Positions 1 through 7,681 of a DNA stretch of 12,143 bases are shown piece by piece (within the stretch, counting starts at the first letter, position 1; the number at the start of each line of letters is the position of its first letter). Both the position numbers and the translations under genes were made by a program. The notes beneath the pieces were generated by a model, which was not told the origin of the DNA, ran no database searches, and saw nothing but the letters and a program-made list of their open reading frames with translations. Where the stretch lies: assembly GCA_040905425.1 (NCBI GenBank), contig JBBDRO010000013.1, positions 1 to 12,143 on the forward strand, written 5' to 3'. This DNA comes from Gemmatimonadota bacterium (lineage in GTDB: Bacteria > Gemmatimonadota > Gemmatimonadetes > Longimicrobiales > RSA9).

Positions 1-53
1 GCGAGGGCGGCCGTACCGTGGGCGCCGGCGTGGTCACCGAGGTGGTGGAGTAA
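1..53 (+). CDS. tuf: Elongation factor Tu, C-terminal fragment (5'-truncated by window)
   Basis: Manual translation from nt 3 gives [16 protein letters not shown], the conserved EF-Tu C-terminus, with TAA at 51-53. Position upstream of rpmG-secE-nusG is canonical. Confidence 0.96.
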   Translation, partial: EGGRTVGAGVVTEVVE

Positions 54-205
54 TGCCGCGCGACAAGATCATCCTGGCCTGCACGGTCTGCCAGGAGCGG
101 AACTATTACACGACCAAGAACAAGCGCAAGCACCCCGAGCGGCAGGAGTGGAAGAAGCACTGCCCACGGTGCAATGCGCACACGGCGCACAAGGAAACGA
201 AGTAA
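53..205 (+). CDS. rpmG: 50S ribosomal protein L33, zinc-ribbon (C+) form, 50 aa
   Basis: Manual translation [50 protein letters not shown]. It has two CxxC pairs and the RNYxTxKNKR and HKETK motifs. ATG overlaps the tuf stop (TAATG 51-55). Not in the ORF track. Confidence 0.97.
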   Translation: MPRDKIILACTVCQERNYYTTKNKRKHPERQEWKKHCPRCNAHTAHKETK

Positions 206-226
206 GCGGTCCGCCGCGAGGAGACC

Positions 227-436
227 ATGGCATCATCCATCGTAACGCGGACCCGCGACTTCACGGCCGAGGTGGTCGAGGAGATCAAGAAGGTGACGTG
301 GCCGGATTGGCCACAGCTGAAGAACAGCACCATCGTGATTCTCATTTTCTGCTTCATCGTGGCCGCCATCATCTGGCTCATGGACGTGGTTGTCCGGCAG
401 ATCCTGGACGTCATCATGAGCCTGTTCGCGGGTTGA
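227..436 (+). CDS. secE: Preprotein translocase subunit SecE (short, single-TM type)
   Basis: EIKKVTWP motif followed by one hydrophobic helix; SD GAGGAG just upstream; directly before nusG. Confidence 0.96.
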   Translation: MASSIVTRTRDFTAEVVEEIKKVTWPDWPQLKNSTIVILIFCFIVAAIIWLMDVVVRQILDVIMSLFAG

Positions 437-437
437 C

Positions 438-989
438 ATGAGTGAAGAGGCGCGCTGGTTCGCCGTGCAGACGTATTCCGGGCACGAGAACAAGGTCAAG
501 AAGCTCATCGAGCACCGCATTGCCGCCGAGACCGGCGAAACGCCCGAGGAGAAGGGGATCCAGGAGGTCATGGTCCCCACTCAGGACGTGGTCGAGATCA
601 AGAACGGCAAGCGGGTGACCGTGACGCGCCGCCTCTATCCTGGCTACGCGCTGGTGAAGATGGTGATGGATCAGCGCACCATGCACGTGATCAACAACAT
701 CCAGGGCGTCATCAAGTTCGTGGGGGGTGGCGCGCAGCCGCAGCCCCTGCGCGATGACGAGATCAACAAGATCCTCGGACTCACGCCGGTAGAGGAAGAG
801 GCCGAACCGCGGGAGGAGATTCCCTTCCGCGCGAAACAGGTGGTGGAGGTGACCGAGGGTCCCTTCTCCGACTTCACCGGAACCGTTCAGGAAGTCTACC
901 ACGACAAGGGTAAGGTCAAGGTCGAGGTGAGCCTGTTCGGCCGGCCGACCTCCGTGGAGCTGGATTACACGCAGCTCAAGGGATATTAG
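438..989 (+). CDS. nusG: Transcription termination/antitermination factor NusG
   Basis: [14 protein letters not shown] and LYPGY (NGN domain); [11 protein letters not shown] and [13 protein letters not shown] (KOW domain); synteny. Confidence 0.98.
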   Translation: MSEEARWFAVQTYSGHENKVKKLIEHRIAAETGETPEEKGIQEVMVPTQDVVEIKNGKRVTVTRRLYPGYALVKMVMDQRTMHVINNIQGVIKFVGGGAQPQPLRDDEINKILGLTPVEEEAEPREEIPFRAKQVVEVTEGPFSDFTGTVQEVYHDKGKVKVEVSLFGRPTSVELDYTQLKGY

Positions 990-994
990 CGGCA

Positions 995-1420
995 ATGGCC
1001 AAGAAGGTTGTCGGATTCATCAAACTCCAGGTGCCCGCGGGGGCAGCCAATCCCGCGCCGCCGGTCGGGCCTGCACTGGGTCAGCACGGCGTGAACATCA
1101 TGGAGTTCTGCAAGACGTTCAACGCCCGCACGCAGGGGCAGCCTGGGATGATCATCCCGGTGGAGATCACGGTCTTCGCGGACCGCAGCTTCACCTTCAT
1201 CACCAAGACGCCTCCGGCGCCGGTGCTCATCAAGAAGGCGGCGAACCTGCCCAAGGGATCAGCGGTGCCGCATCGGGACAAGGTCGGCCAGATCAGGCGT
1301 GACAAGGTGCGCGAGATCGCCGAGCTCAAGATGCCGGACCTGAACGCGGCCAACGTGGAGTCCGCCATGCGGATGATCGAGGGCACGGCACGCTCCATGG
1401 GCATCCAGGTGGTGGACTGA
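995..1420 (+). CDS. rplK: 50S ribosomal protein L11
   Basis: [40 protein letters not shown]...GTARSMG, 141 aa. Confidence 0.99.
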   Translation: MAKKVVGFIKLQVPAGAANPAPPVGPALGQHGVNIMEFCKTFNARTQGQPGMIIPVEITVFADRSFTFITKTPPAPVLIKKAANLPKGSAVPHRDKVGQIRRDKVREIAELKMPDLNAANVESAMRMIEGTARSMGIQVVD

Positions 1421-2127
1421 TGCCGAAGCATGGCAAGCAGTATGGCAAGGCGGTGGCGGTCGTGCCGGCGCGCGAGGCCCCGGTAGGCGACCCGAACGAC
1501 GCACTCCAGTTCGTCAAGGAGGTGGCGTTCGCCAAGTTCGACGAATCGGTGGAAGTGGCGGTGCGCCTGGGCGTGGACCCGCGCCATGCGGACCAGGTGG
1601 TGCGCGGTACGGTGGTGCTGCCCCACGGCACGGGCAAGACCGTGCGGGTGCTGGTCCTGGCGCAGGGCGAGAAGCTGCGTGAGGCCGAGGAAGCCGGCGC
1701 GGATTTCGCGGGTCCGGACTACGTCCAGAAGATCAAGGACGGCTGGCTGGATTTCGACGTGGCCGTGGCCACGCCGGACATGATGGGGCAGGTCGGCCAG
1801 CTGGGCCGCGTGCTCGGGCCCCGTGGCCTCATGCCCTCGCCCAAGGCCGGTACCGTCACCATGGACGTGGGGAAGGCCGTGCGGGAGATCAAGGCCGGTA
1901 AGATCGAGTTCCGCGTGGACAAGACCGGCAACGTGCACGCCCCCATCGGCCGTGTGTCCTTTCCGATGGAGAGCCTGCGGGACAATCTGGCGGCCTTCAT
2001 GGAGACGGTGGTGCGTGCCAAGCCAGCCGCCGCGAAGGGGGCCTACGTGCGCAGCGTGACCGTGTCCAGCACCATGGGACCGGGCGTGCGCATCGATCCG
2101 AACCTCTACCGCCGGACGGGTGCCTGA
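1420..2127 (+). CDS. rplA: 50S ribosomal protein L1
   Basis: [46 protein letters not shown] and SSTMGPG motifs; TGATG overlap with rplK. Confidence 0.99.
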   Translation: MPKHGKQYGKAVAVVPAREAPVGDPNDALQFVKEVAFAKFDESVEVAVRLGVDPRHADQVVRGTVVLPHGTGKTVRVLVLAQGEKLREAEEAGADFAGPDYVQKIKDGWLDFDVAVATPDMMGQVGQLGRVLGPRGLMPSPKAGTVTMDVGKAVREIKAGKIEFRVDKTGNVHAPIGRVSFPMESLRDNLAAFMETVVRAKPAAAKGAYVRSVTVSSTMGPGVRIDPNLYRRTGA

Positions 2128-2651
2128 TGAAGGTCCACGAGAAGCAGCAGGTCGTCGAGTCCGTTGCCGAGAAGCTGGGCAAGGCCACGGCTTTCTATCT
2201 GACGGACTTCACGGGCCTCAACGTGAAGAAAATGACGGCCCTGCGGGCGCGCCTGCGCGCCGAGGGTGTGGAGTACCTGGTCGTGAAGAACACGCTCGTG
2301 GAGCGTGCGCTGGACGGCATGGACATGCCGGACATCGCGGAGTTCTTCAAGGGACCCACGGGACTGGTGATCGGTCAGGACGACGCCGTTACGGCGGCGA
2401 AGGTGCTGGCCGAGTTCGCCAAGGACCACGACAACAAGCCCGCCGTGAAGGTGGGCGTCGTGGATCGCCGGGCGGTGACCGCTGACGAGGTCACGCGTCT
2501 CTCGAAGCTGCCGCCGCGCGAAATGCTCCTGGCGGAGCTCGCGGGGCTGCTCGAGTCGCCGATGGCGCAGTTCGCCTACGCACTGGAGGCAAAGCTGCAC
2601 GAGTTCGTCGGTCTACTGGAAGCGCTGCGCTCGGAGCGGGAAGCCGCTTAG
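2127..2651 (+). CDS. rplJ: 50S ribosomal protein L10
   Basis: TDFTGLNV, LRARLR, VVKNTL, FKGPT and LSKLPPREMLLAEL motifs; TGATG overlap with rplA. Confidence 0.98.
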   Translation: MKVHEKQQVVESVAEKLGKATAFYLTDFTGLNVKKMTALRARLRAEGVEYLVVKNTLVERALDGMDMPDIAEFFKGPTGLVIGQDDAVTAAKVLAEFAKDHDNKPAVKVGVVDRRAVTADEVTRLSKLPPREMLLAELAGLLESPMAQFAYALEAKLHEFVGLLEALRSEREAA

Positions 2652-2709
2652 GCGGCCGTGACCGTAACGCGCCGATTACCATCAATCCGTATCACAGGAA
2701 GAAGCGATC

Positions 2710-3087
2710 ATGGCCAACACCCAGGAACTGCTCGACACCATCGGCAACATGACCGTCCTCGAGCTCGCGGACTTCGTGGAGCAGTTCAAGGATAAGTTCA
2801 ATGTCACCGCTGTTATGGCCGCTCCGGCGGCCGGCGCGGGTGGCGCGGGCGCCGCGGCCGAGGCCGTGGAGGAGCAGACGGAGTTCGACGTCGTCCTCAC
2901 GGCGGCCGGCGGCAAGAAGATCCAGGTCATCAAGGTGGTCCGCGAGGTCACCAGCCTGGGGCTGAAGGAAGCCAAGGACCTCGTCGACAACCCGCCCAAG
3001 GCGGTGAAGGAGGGCGTGTCCAAGGAAGAGGCCGAGCAGGTCAAGGCCAAGCTCGAGGAGCAGGGCGCCGAAGTCGAGCTGAAGTAG
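2710..3087 (+). CDS. rplL: 50S ribosomal protein L7/L12
   Basis: [10 protein letters not shown], Ala/Gly hinge, [40 protein letters not shown]. Purine-rich SD-like AGGAAG upstream. Confidence 0.99.
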   Translation: MANTQELLDTIGNMTVLELADFVEQFKDKFNVTAVMAAPAAGAGGAGAAAEAVEEQTEFDVVLTAAGGKKIQVIKVVREVTSLGLKEAKDLVDNPPKAVKEGVSKEEAEQVKAKLEEQGAEVELK

Positions 3088-3156
3088 TCCCTCCCGATCG
3101 GCGCCGGGTGGCGGTCGGGGTGCGAGCAGCGCCCCGACCGCCCGCGCCGGAGGGAC
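3087..3156 (+). promoter_or_regulatory. Long GC-rich RNA hairpin immediately after rplL (stabilising, processing or regulatory)
   Basis: 14-bp core stem GGCGGTCGGGGTGC (3110-3123) / GCGCCCCGACCGCC (3129-3142) with one G-U pair. Outer pairing GTCCCTCC (3087-3094) / GGAGGGAC (3149-3156). No U-tract follows. Confidence 0.6.
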
Positions 3157-3228
3157 CAGGGATGACTTCGGCTCACGGGAGTGCCCATGCTCGTCAAGAG
3201 CAAACCGACAATCTACGTACCGTACCAC

Positions 3229-3295
3229 ATCCCCGCCGCCGTTCGGGAACGGGCGCTTCGCCTGTACCCGCGGTCGGGGGTTTCTGCGCTTGTTT
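3229..3295 (+). terminator. Putative attenuator / weak intrinsic terminator upstream of rpoB
   Basis: Outer stem CCCCGCCGC (3231-3239) / GCGGTCGGGG (3270-3279) and inner stem ACGGGCG-CTT-CGCCTGT (3249-3265), followed by an interrupted U-rich tail TTTCTGCGCTTGTTT (3281-3295). Same position as the E. coli rplL-rpoB attenuator. Confidence 0.55.
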
Positions 3296-3312
3296 CCCGG
3301 GCCTGCCGGCCT

Positions 3313-3320
3313 GAGGAGGG
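3313..3320 (+). promoter_or_regulatory. Shine-Dalgarno for rpoB
   Basis: GAGGAGGG 9 nt upstream of the TTG at 3330. Confidence 0.75.
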
Positions 3321-3329
3321 GTAATCGTC

Positions 3330-6300
3330 TTGGCTAAGAAGAAGAACGCCAGCGCCGCGAGTTCCAACGGGGCCACTGCCGCGTCCAACGGAAATGGCAG
3401 CGGCGGCCTGCCCAGCGTCAGCTTCGCCAAGCTGCCGCCGGGCATGAGCATGCCGAACATGCTCGACGTCCAGGTACGCGCCTTCAAGATGCTGCTGCAG
3501 CAGAACGCGCCTGCGGAAGAGCAGGTGGACGTGGGGCTGGAGCGGGTCTTCAACGAGGTGTTCCCCATCTCCGACGTGAACGAGAAGTTCTCGCTGGAGT
3601 TCGTGGCCTACAGCCTCGGTGAGCCGAAGTACGCCGTGGAGGAGTGCATCGAGCGGGACATGACCTATGCCGCGCCGCTCAAGGCCACGCTCCGGCTGGT
3701 GGTCTGGGAGGACACGGAGGATGACGACGAGCGGCGTCCCAAGGACATCATCGAGAAGGAGGTCTACCTGGGTGACCTCCCGCTTCTGACGGATCTGGGA
3801 ACGTTCATCATCAACGGCTCCGAGCGGGTCATCGTGAGCCAGTTGCACCGTTCGCCGGGCGTGGTGTTCGAGGAGACGATCCACCCCAACGGATCGCGCC
3901 TCTTCAGCTCCCGGATCATTCCGTTCCGGGGCTCGTGGGTGGAGTTCACGATCGACATCCACGATGTCATCTACGTCCATATCGACAAGAAGAAGAAGTT
4001 CCCGGCCACGGCGCTGCTGCGCGCCTTCGGGTACGGGTCCGACGAGGACGTGCTGCGCCTTTTCCTCACCACGCGTGAGGCCGACCTCACCGAGGAGCCC
4101 GAGGGTGGGCAGCGCCGCGACGCGATCGGCACGCTGCTGGCCGAGGACGTGGTGGACCCCGAGTCCGGCGAGGTGCTGGCGGAGACAGCCGAGGAGCTGA
4201 CCGAGGAGCTGGTGGATCGTCTGATCCGGGCGGAGGTGAGCACGGTCAAGGTGTTCACCAGCGGCCATCAGGGCCGAGGGGAGAGCCCGCTTCTCAAGAA
4301 CACGCTGCGCAAGGATCCCACGGAGGACGAGGCCGGAGCGCTGAAGGCCATCTATTCGCTGCTCCGTCCGGGCGACCCGCCCAACATCGAGACGGCGCGC
4401 GTGGCTCTCGAGCGCATCTTCTTCAATCCCAAGCGCTACGATCTCGGGCGGGTGGGCCGCTACAAGATCAATCAGCGCCTGGGCGTGGACCTGCCGCCCA
4501 GCACCACGGTGCTCACGCAGCAGGATTTCATTGCCATCATCCGCTACCTGATCGAGTTGAACGACGGGCGCGGCTTCGTGGATGACATCGACCACCTGGG
4601 CAATCGGCGCGTGCGTAGCGTGGGCGAGCTCATTGCCAACCAGTTCTCGGTCGGTCTGTCGCGCATGGCGCGCCTCGTGAAGGAGCGCATGTCCATCACC
4701 ACGGACGTCGACAAGATGAGCATCGACGACCTGGTCAACGCCCGTACCGTAAGCGCCGTCATCCAGGCGTTCTTCGGCTCGAGCCAGCTCAGTCAGTTCA
4801 TGGATCAGACGAATCCGCTGGCGGAGCTCACGCACAAGCGACGGCTGTCCGCCCTCGGACCGGGCGGGCTCACCCGCGAGCGCGCCGGCTTCGAAGTGCG
4901 CGACGTGCACTATTCCCACTACGGGCGGATGTGCCCCATCGAGACGCCGGAAGGCCCGAACATCGGGCTCATCACCAGTCTCACCACGTTCTCGCGCATC
5001 AATGACCTGGGGTTCATCGAGACGCCCTACCGGAAGGTGGAAGACGGCCGGGTGACCGACGAGGTGGTGTGGCTGGACGCGAACGCGGAGGAGACCGCCA
5101 CGATCGCGCAGGCCAATGCCCCGCTCAACGACAATGGCACGTTCCGCAACGAGTTCGTGCTCTGCCGGCAGCGCGGTGACTTCCCGCTACTCTCGCCGGA
5201 CGAAATCACCTTCATGGACGTGGCACCGGACCAGCTGGTCTCGGTGGCCGCGGCGCTGATTCCGTTCCTCGAGCACGATGACGCCAACCGCGCGCTCATG
5301 GGCTCGAACATGCAGCGGCAGGCGGTGCCTCTCCTCTATCCCTCCGCACCGCTGGTGGGGACGGGACTGGAAGAGAAGGTGGCGCGTGATTCCGGCGCCG
5401 TGATCCTGGCCAAGCGCCCGGGCTTGATCACCCGTGTGACCGCGGACGAGATCATCATCGACACGGGCGCCGTGACGCCCGGCGCCACCGACGAGCCGCT
5501 GGCCAAGCTGGCGCAGTTCGACCGCTATCGGCTGAAGAAGTACTGGCGTACCAACCAGGACACGGCCATCAACCAGCGGCCGCTCGTGCAGCAGGGTCAG
5601 CAGGTCGAGGCCGGCACCATCCTGGCCGACGGCGCGTCCACGGACCATGGTGAGCTGGCGCTCGGCCAGAACCTGGTCGTGGCCTTCATGCCCTGGTACG
5701 GCCACAACTTCGAGGACGCCATCGTCCTCAGTGAGCGCCTGGTCAAGGATGACGTCTACACGTCCATCCACATCCAGGAGCTGGAACTGCACGTCCGGGA
5801 CACCAAGCGCGGCATGGAGGAGATCACGCGCGAGATCCCGAACGTGGCGGAGGAGAGCCTCACCAATCTGGACGAGCGTGGGGTGGTCCGCATCGGTGCC
5901 CGTATGAAGAGCGGTGACATCCTGGTGGGCAAGATCACGCCGAAGGGTGAGACGGAGCTCTCGCCCGAGGAGAAGCTCCTCACGGCCATCTTCGGTGAGA
6001 AGGCCAAGGACGTGAAGGACTCGTCCCTGAAGGTGCCGCCCGGCATGGAGGGTACGGTCATCGACGTCAAGATCTTCAGCCGGCGGATCGACGATCCCCT
6101 CCTGGAAAAGGAGCGGGGCGAGCGCATCGGCCGCCTGCGGACGGACGAGCGGGATGAGATCCGGCGCATCTCCGAGGCGCGTGATGAGGAGCTCCGCGAG
6201 CTGATCAAGGGTCAGACCGTGACGCTGATGCTCAAGCGCGGCACGGTGGAGCCGTTCATCGAGGAGGGCACCAAGCTCACCGCCAAGGTGCTGGATGACC

Positions 6301-7577
6301 TGGACCTCAGCCAGGTGGACCTCACCACGCTGAAGGTGCAGAAGAAGGACGCCAACGAGCGGATCCGACGCCTGGTTTCCGAGGCCAAGGGGCGCATCGA
6401 GCGTATCCGGGAGAAGACCGAGGAGCAGATCGACAAGGTCTTCCAGCCGGACGAGCTGTCCCCCGGCGTGGTGCAGCTCGTGAAGGTCTACGTGGCCGAG
6501 AAGCGCAAGATCAGCGTGGGTGACAAGATGGCCGGCCGGCACGGCAACAAGGGCATCATCGCCCGCATCGTGCCGGAGGAGGACATGCCGTTCCTCCCCG
6601 ATGGCCGGCCCGTGGACATCTGCCTGAACCCCCTGGGCGTGCCCAGCCGCATGAACGTGGGGCAGGTACTGGAGACGCACCTGGGATGGGTCTGCCGCCT
6701 GCTCGGTTTCGAGGCCAAGACGCCCGTCTTCCAGGGCGCTTCGGAGCACGAGGTGGGTGCGTTGCTCAAGGTGAGCGGGGTGACCTGGGCGCATGATGCG
6801 CTGGGGATCACCTCCGCCCGTCCGCCGGAGTTCCAGCGGGACACTACCGAGACCCTGCTGCGCGCCATGGCGGCCGTGGGCGGGGACGAAGTGGCGGCCT
6901 CCACGGAAGAGGGGGCGCGCCCGTCGCTGGGGCGTTCCCTGGATGCCTACGTCGAGGCCAAGCTGCCCAAGGACGTGCGGGGGCGCCTGGAGGAGCTGGC
7001 CGACTACGTCGTGGCCGCCGGCACCGAGCTGGCGGAGCGTGCGGAGGCGGAGCTGGCCGAGCGTTTCCCGGCCATCGCGGCCCTCGGCAAGCGGAAGGGC
7101 GCGCTCAAGGCCGGCCTGGACGACGCCGTCGTGGAATTCATCGAGGCGGCGGGCCTCACGCCGATCGGCAAGGTGTGGCTGCGCGACGGCCGCAGCGGGG
7201 TGCGCTTCGACTTCCCGGTCACGGTGGGTGTCATGTACGTGCTGAAGCTGTCACATCTGGTGGATGACAAGATCCACGCGCGTTCCATCGGACCCTACTC
7301 GCTGGTCACGCAGCAGCCGCTGGCGGGTAAGGCCCAGTTCGGCGGGCAGCGCTTCGGTGAGATGGAGGTGTGGGCGCTGGAGGCCTACGGCGCCGCGCAT
7401 ACGCTGCAGGAGATCCTCACGGTCAAGAGTGACGACGTTTCCGGACGCTCACGCGTCTACGAAGCCATCGTGAAGGGAGACAACCTCCCGGAGCCGGGCA
7501 TTCCGGAGTCGTTCAACGTGCTGGTGAAGGAGCTGCAGTCGCTCGGGTTGAGCGTGACGCTCGGGCGTGAGGAATAG
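3330..7577 (+). CDS. rpoB: DNA-directed RNA polymerase subunit beta (TTG start)
   Basis: [86 protein letters not shown] and [13 protein letters not shown] motifs. The SD supports the TTG start. Confidence 0.99.
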   Translation: MAKKKNASAASSNGATAASNGNGSGGLPSVSFAKLPPGMSMPNMLDVQVRAFKMLLQQNAPAEEQVDVGLERVFNEVFPISDVNEKFSLEFVAYSLGEPKYAVEECIERDMTYAAPLKATLRLVVWEDTEDDDERRPKDIIEKEVYLGDLPLLTDLGTFIINGSERVIVSQLHRSPGVVFEETIHPNGSRLFSSRIIPFRGSWVEFTIDIHDVIYVHIDKKKKFPATALLRAFGYGSDEDVLRLFLTTREADLTEEPEGGQRRDAIGTLLAEDVVDPESGEVLAETAEELTEELVDRLIRAEVSTVKVFTSGHQGRGESPLLKNTLRKDPTEDEAGALKAIYSLLRPGDPPNIETARVALERIFFNPKRYDLGRVGRYKINQRLGVDLPPSTTVLTQQDFIAIIRYLIELNDGRGFVDDIDHLGNRRVRSVGELIANQFSVGLSRMARLVKERMSITTDVDKMSIDDLVNARTVSAVIQAFFGSSQLSQFMDQTNPLAELTHKRRLSALGPGGLTRERAGFEVRDVHYSHYGRMCPIETPEGPNIGLITSLTTFSRINDLGFIETPYRKVEDGRVTDEVVWLDANAEETATIAQANAPLNDNGTFRNEFVLCRQRGDFPLLSPDEITFMDVAPDQLVSVAAALIPFLEHDDANRALMGSNMQRQAVPLLYPSAPLVGTGLEEKVARDSGAVILAKRPGLITRVTADEIIIDTGAVTPGATDEPLAKLAQFDRYRLKKYWRTNQDTAINQRPLVQQGQQVEAGTILADGASTDHGELALGQNLVVAFMPWYGHNFEDAIVLSERLVKDDVYTSIHIQELELHVRDTKRGMEEITREIPNVAEESLTNLDERGVVRIGARMKSGDILVGKITPKGETELSPEEKLLTAIFGEKAKDVKDSSLKVPPGMEGTVIDVKIFSRRIDDPLLEKERGERIGRLRTDERDEIRRISEARDEELRELIKGQTVTLMLKRGTVEPFIEEGTKLTAKVLDDLDLSQVDLTTLKVQKKDANERIRRLVSEAKGRIERIREKTEEQIDKVFQPDELSPGVVQLVKVYVAEKRKISVGDKMAGRHGNKGIIARIVPEEDMPFLPDGRPVDICLNPLGVPSRMNVGQVLETHLGWVCRLLGFEAKTPVFQGASEHEVGALLKVSGVTWAHDALGITSARPPEFQRDTTETLLRAMAAVGGDEVAASTEEGARPSLGRSLDAYVEAKLPKDVRGRLEELADYVVAAGTELAERAEAELAERFPAIAALGKRKGALKAGLDDAVVEFIEAAGLTPIGKVWLRDGRSGVRFDFPVTVGVMYVLKLSHLVDDKIHARSIGPYSLVTQQPLAGKAQFGGQRFGEMEVWALEAYGAAHTLQEILTVKSDDVSGRSRVYEAIVKGDNLPEPGIPESFNVLVKELQSLGLSVTLGREE

Positions 7578-7589
7578 CAGGGTTACCTA

Positions 7590-7628
7590 CCCGTACGGCG
7601 CCGGTCCGCGAGGCCGGCGCCGCACGGG
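7590..7628 (+). promoter_or_regulatory. Stable hairpin in rpoB-rpoC spacer
   Basis: CCCGT-A-CGGCGCCGGTC (7590-7606) / GGCCGGCGCCG-C-ACGGG (7612-7628): about 16 bp with one mismatch and one G-U pair; loop contains GCGA; no U-tract. Confidence 0.55.
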
Positions 7629-7681
7629 GCGGTCTGGAGTTTGGCATCTGCCTTTCATGGCGAAAGCCGGAGATTTAGAGC

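Noticed and set aside
2652..2709. Possible relocated L10 leader in the rplJ-rplL spacer (contains GACCGTA)
   Set aside because: Only 58 nt, and I could not build the complementary kink-turn arm. It is more simply an A-rich, unstructured initiation region for rplL.
106..3228. Many alternative-frame and antisense ORFs over secE-rplL (e.g. 148-441, 414-995, 1081-1938, 2120-2485, 2692-3228)
   Set aside because: They overlap clearly identified conserved genes and show composition typical of off-frame high-GC sequence.
3190..3230. Possible sigma70 promoter in the AT-richer patch upstream of rpoB
   Set aside because: No convincing -35/-10 pair at 16-18 nt spacing on either strand.
3108..3314. 68-aa ORF with GTG start at 3108
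   Set aside because: The start is buried in a strong hairpin with no SD. Only the internal ATG at 3162 has an SD, and that is reported as a speculative finding.
3213..6794. 568-aa (3213-4919) and 535-aa (5187-6794) minus-strand ORFs
   Set aside because: Antisense shadows of rpoB, for the same codon-bias reason.
6780..7154. Intein or mobile-element origin of the RpoB insertion
   Set aside because: No terminal His-Asn followed by Cys/Ser/Thr, no LAGLIDADG motif, and no terminal repeats; the frame is continuous.
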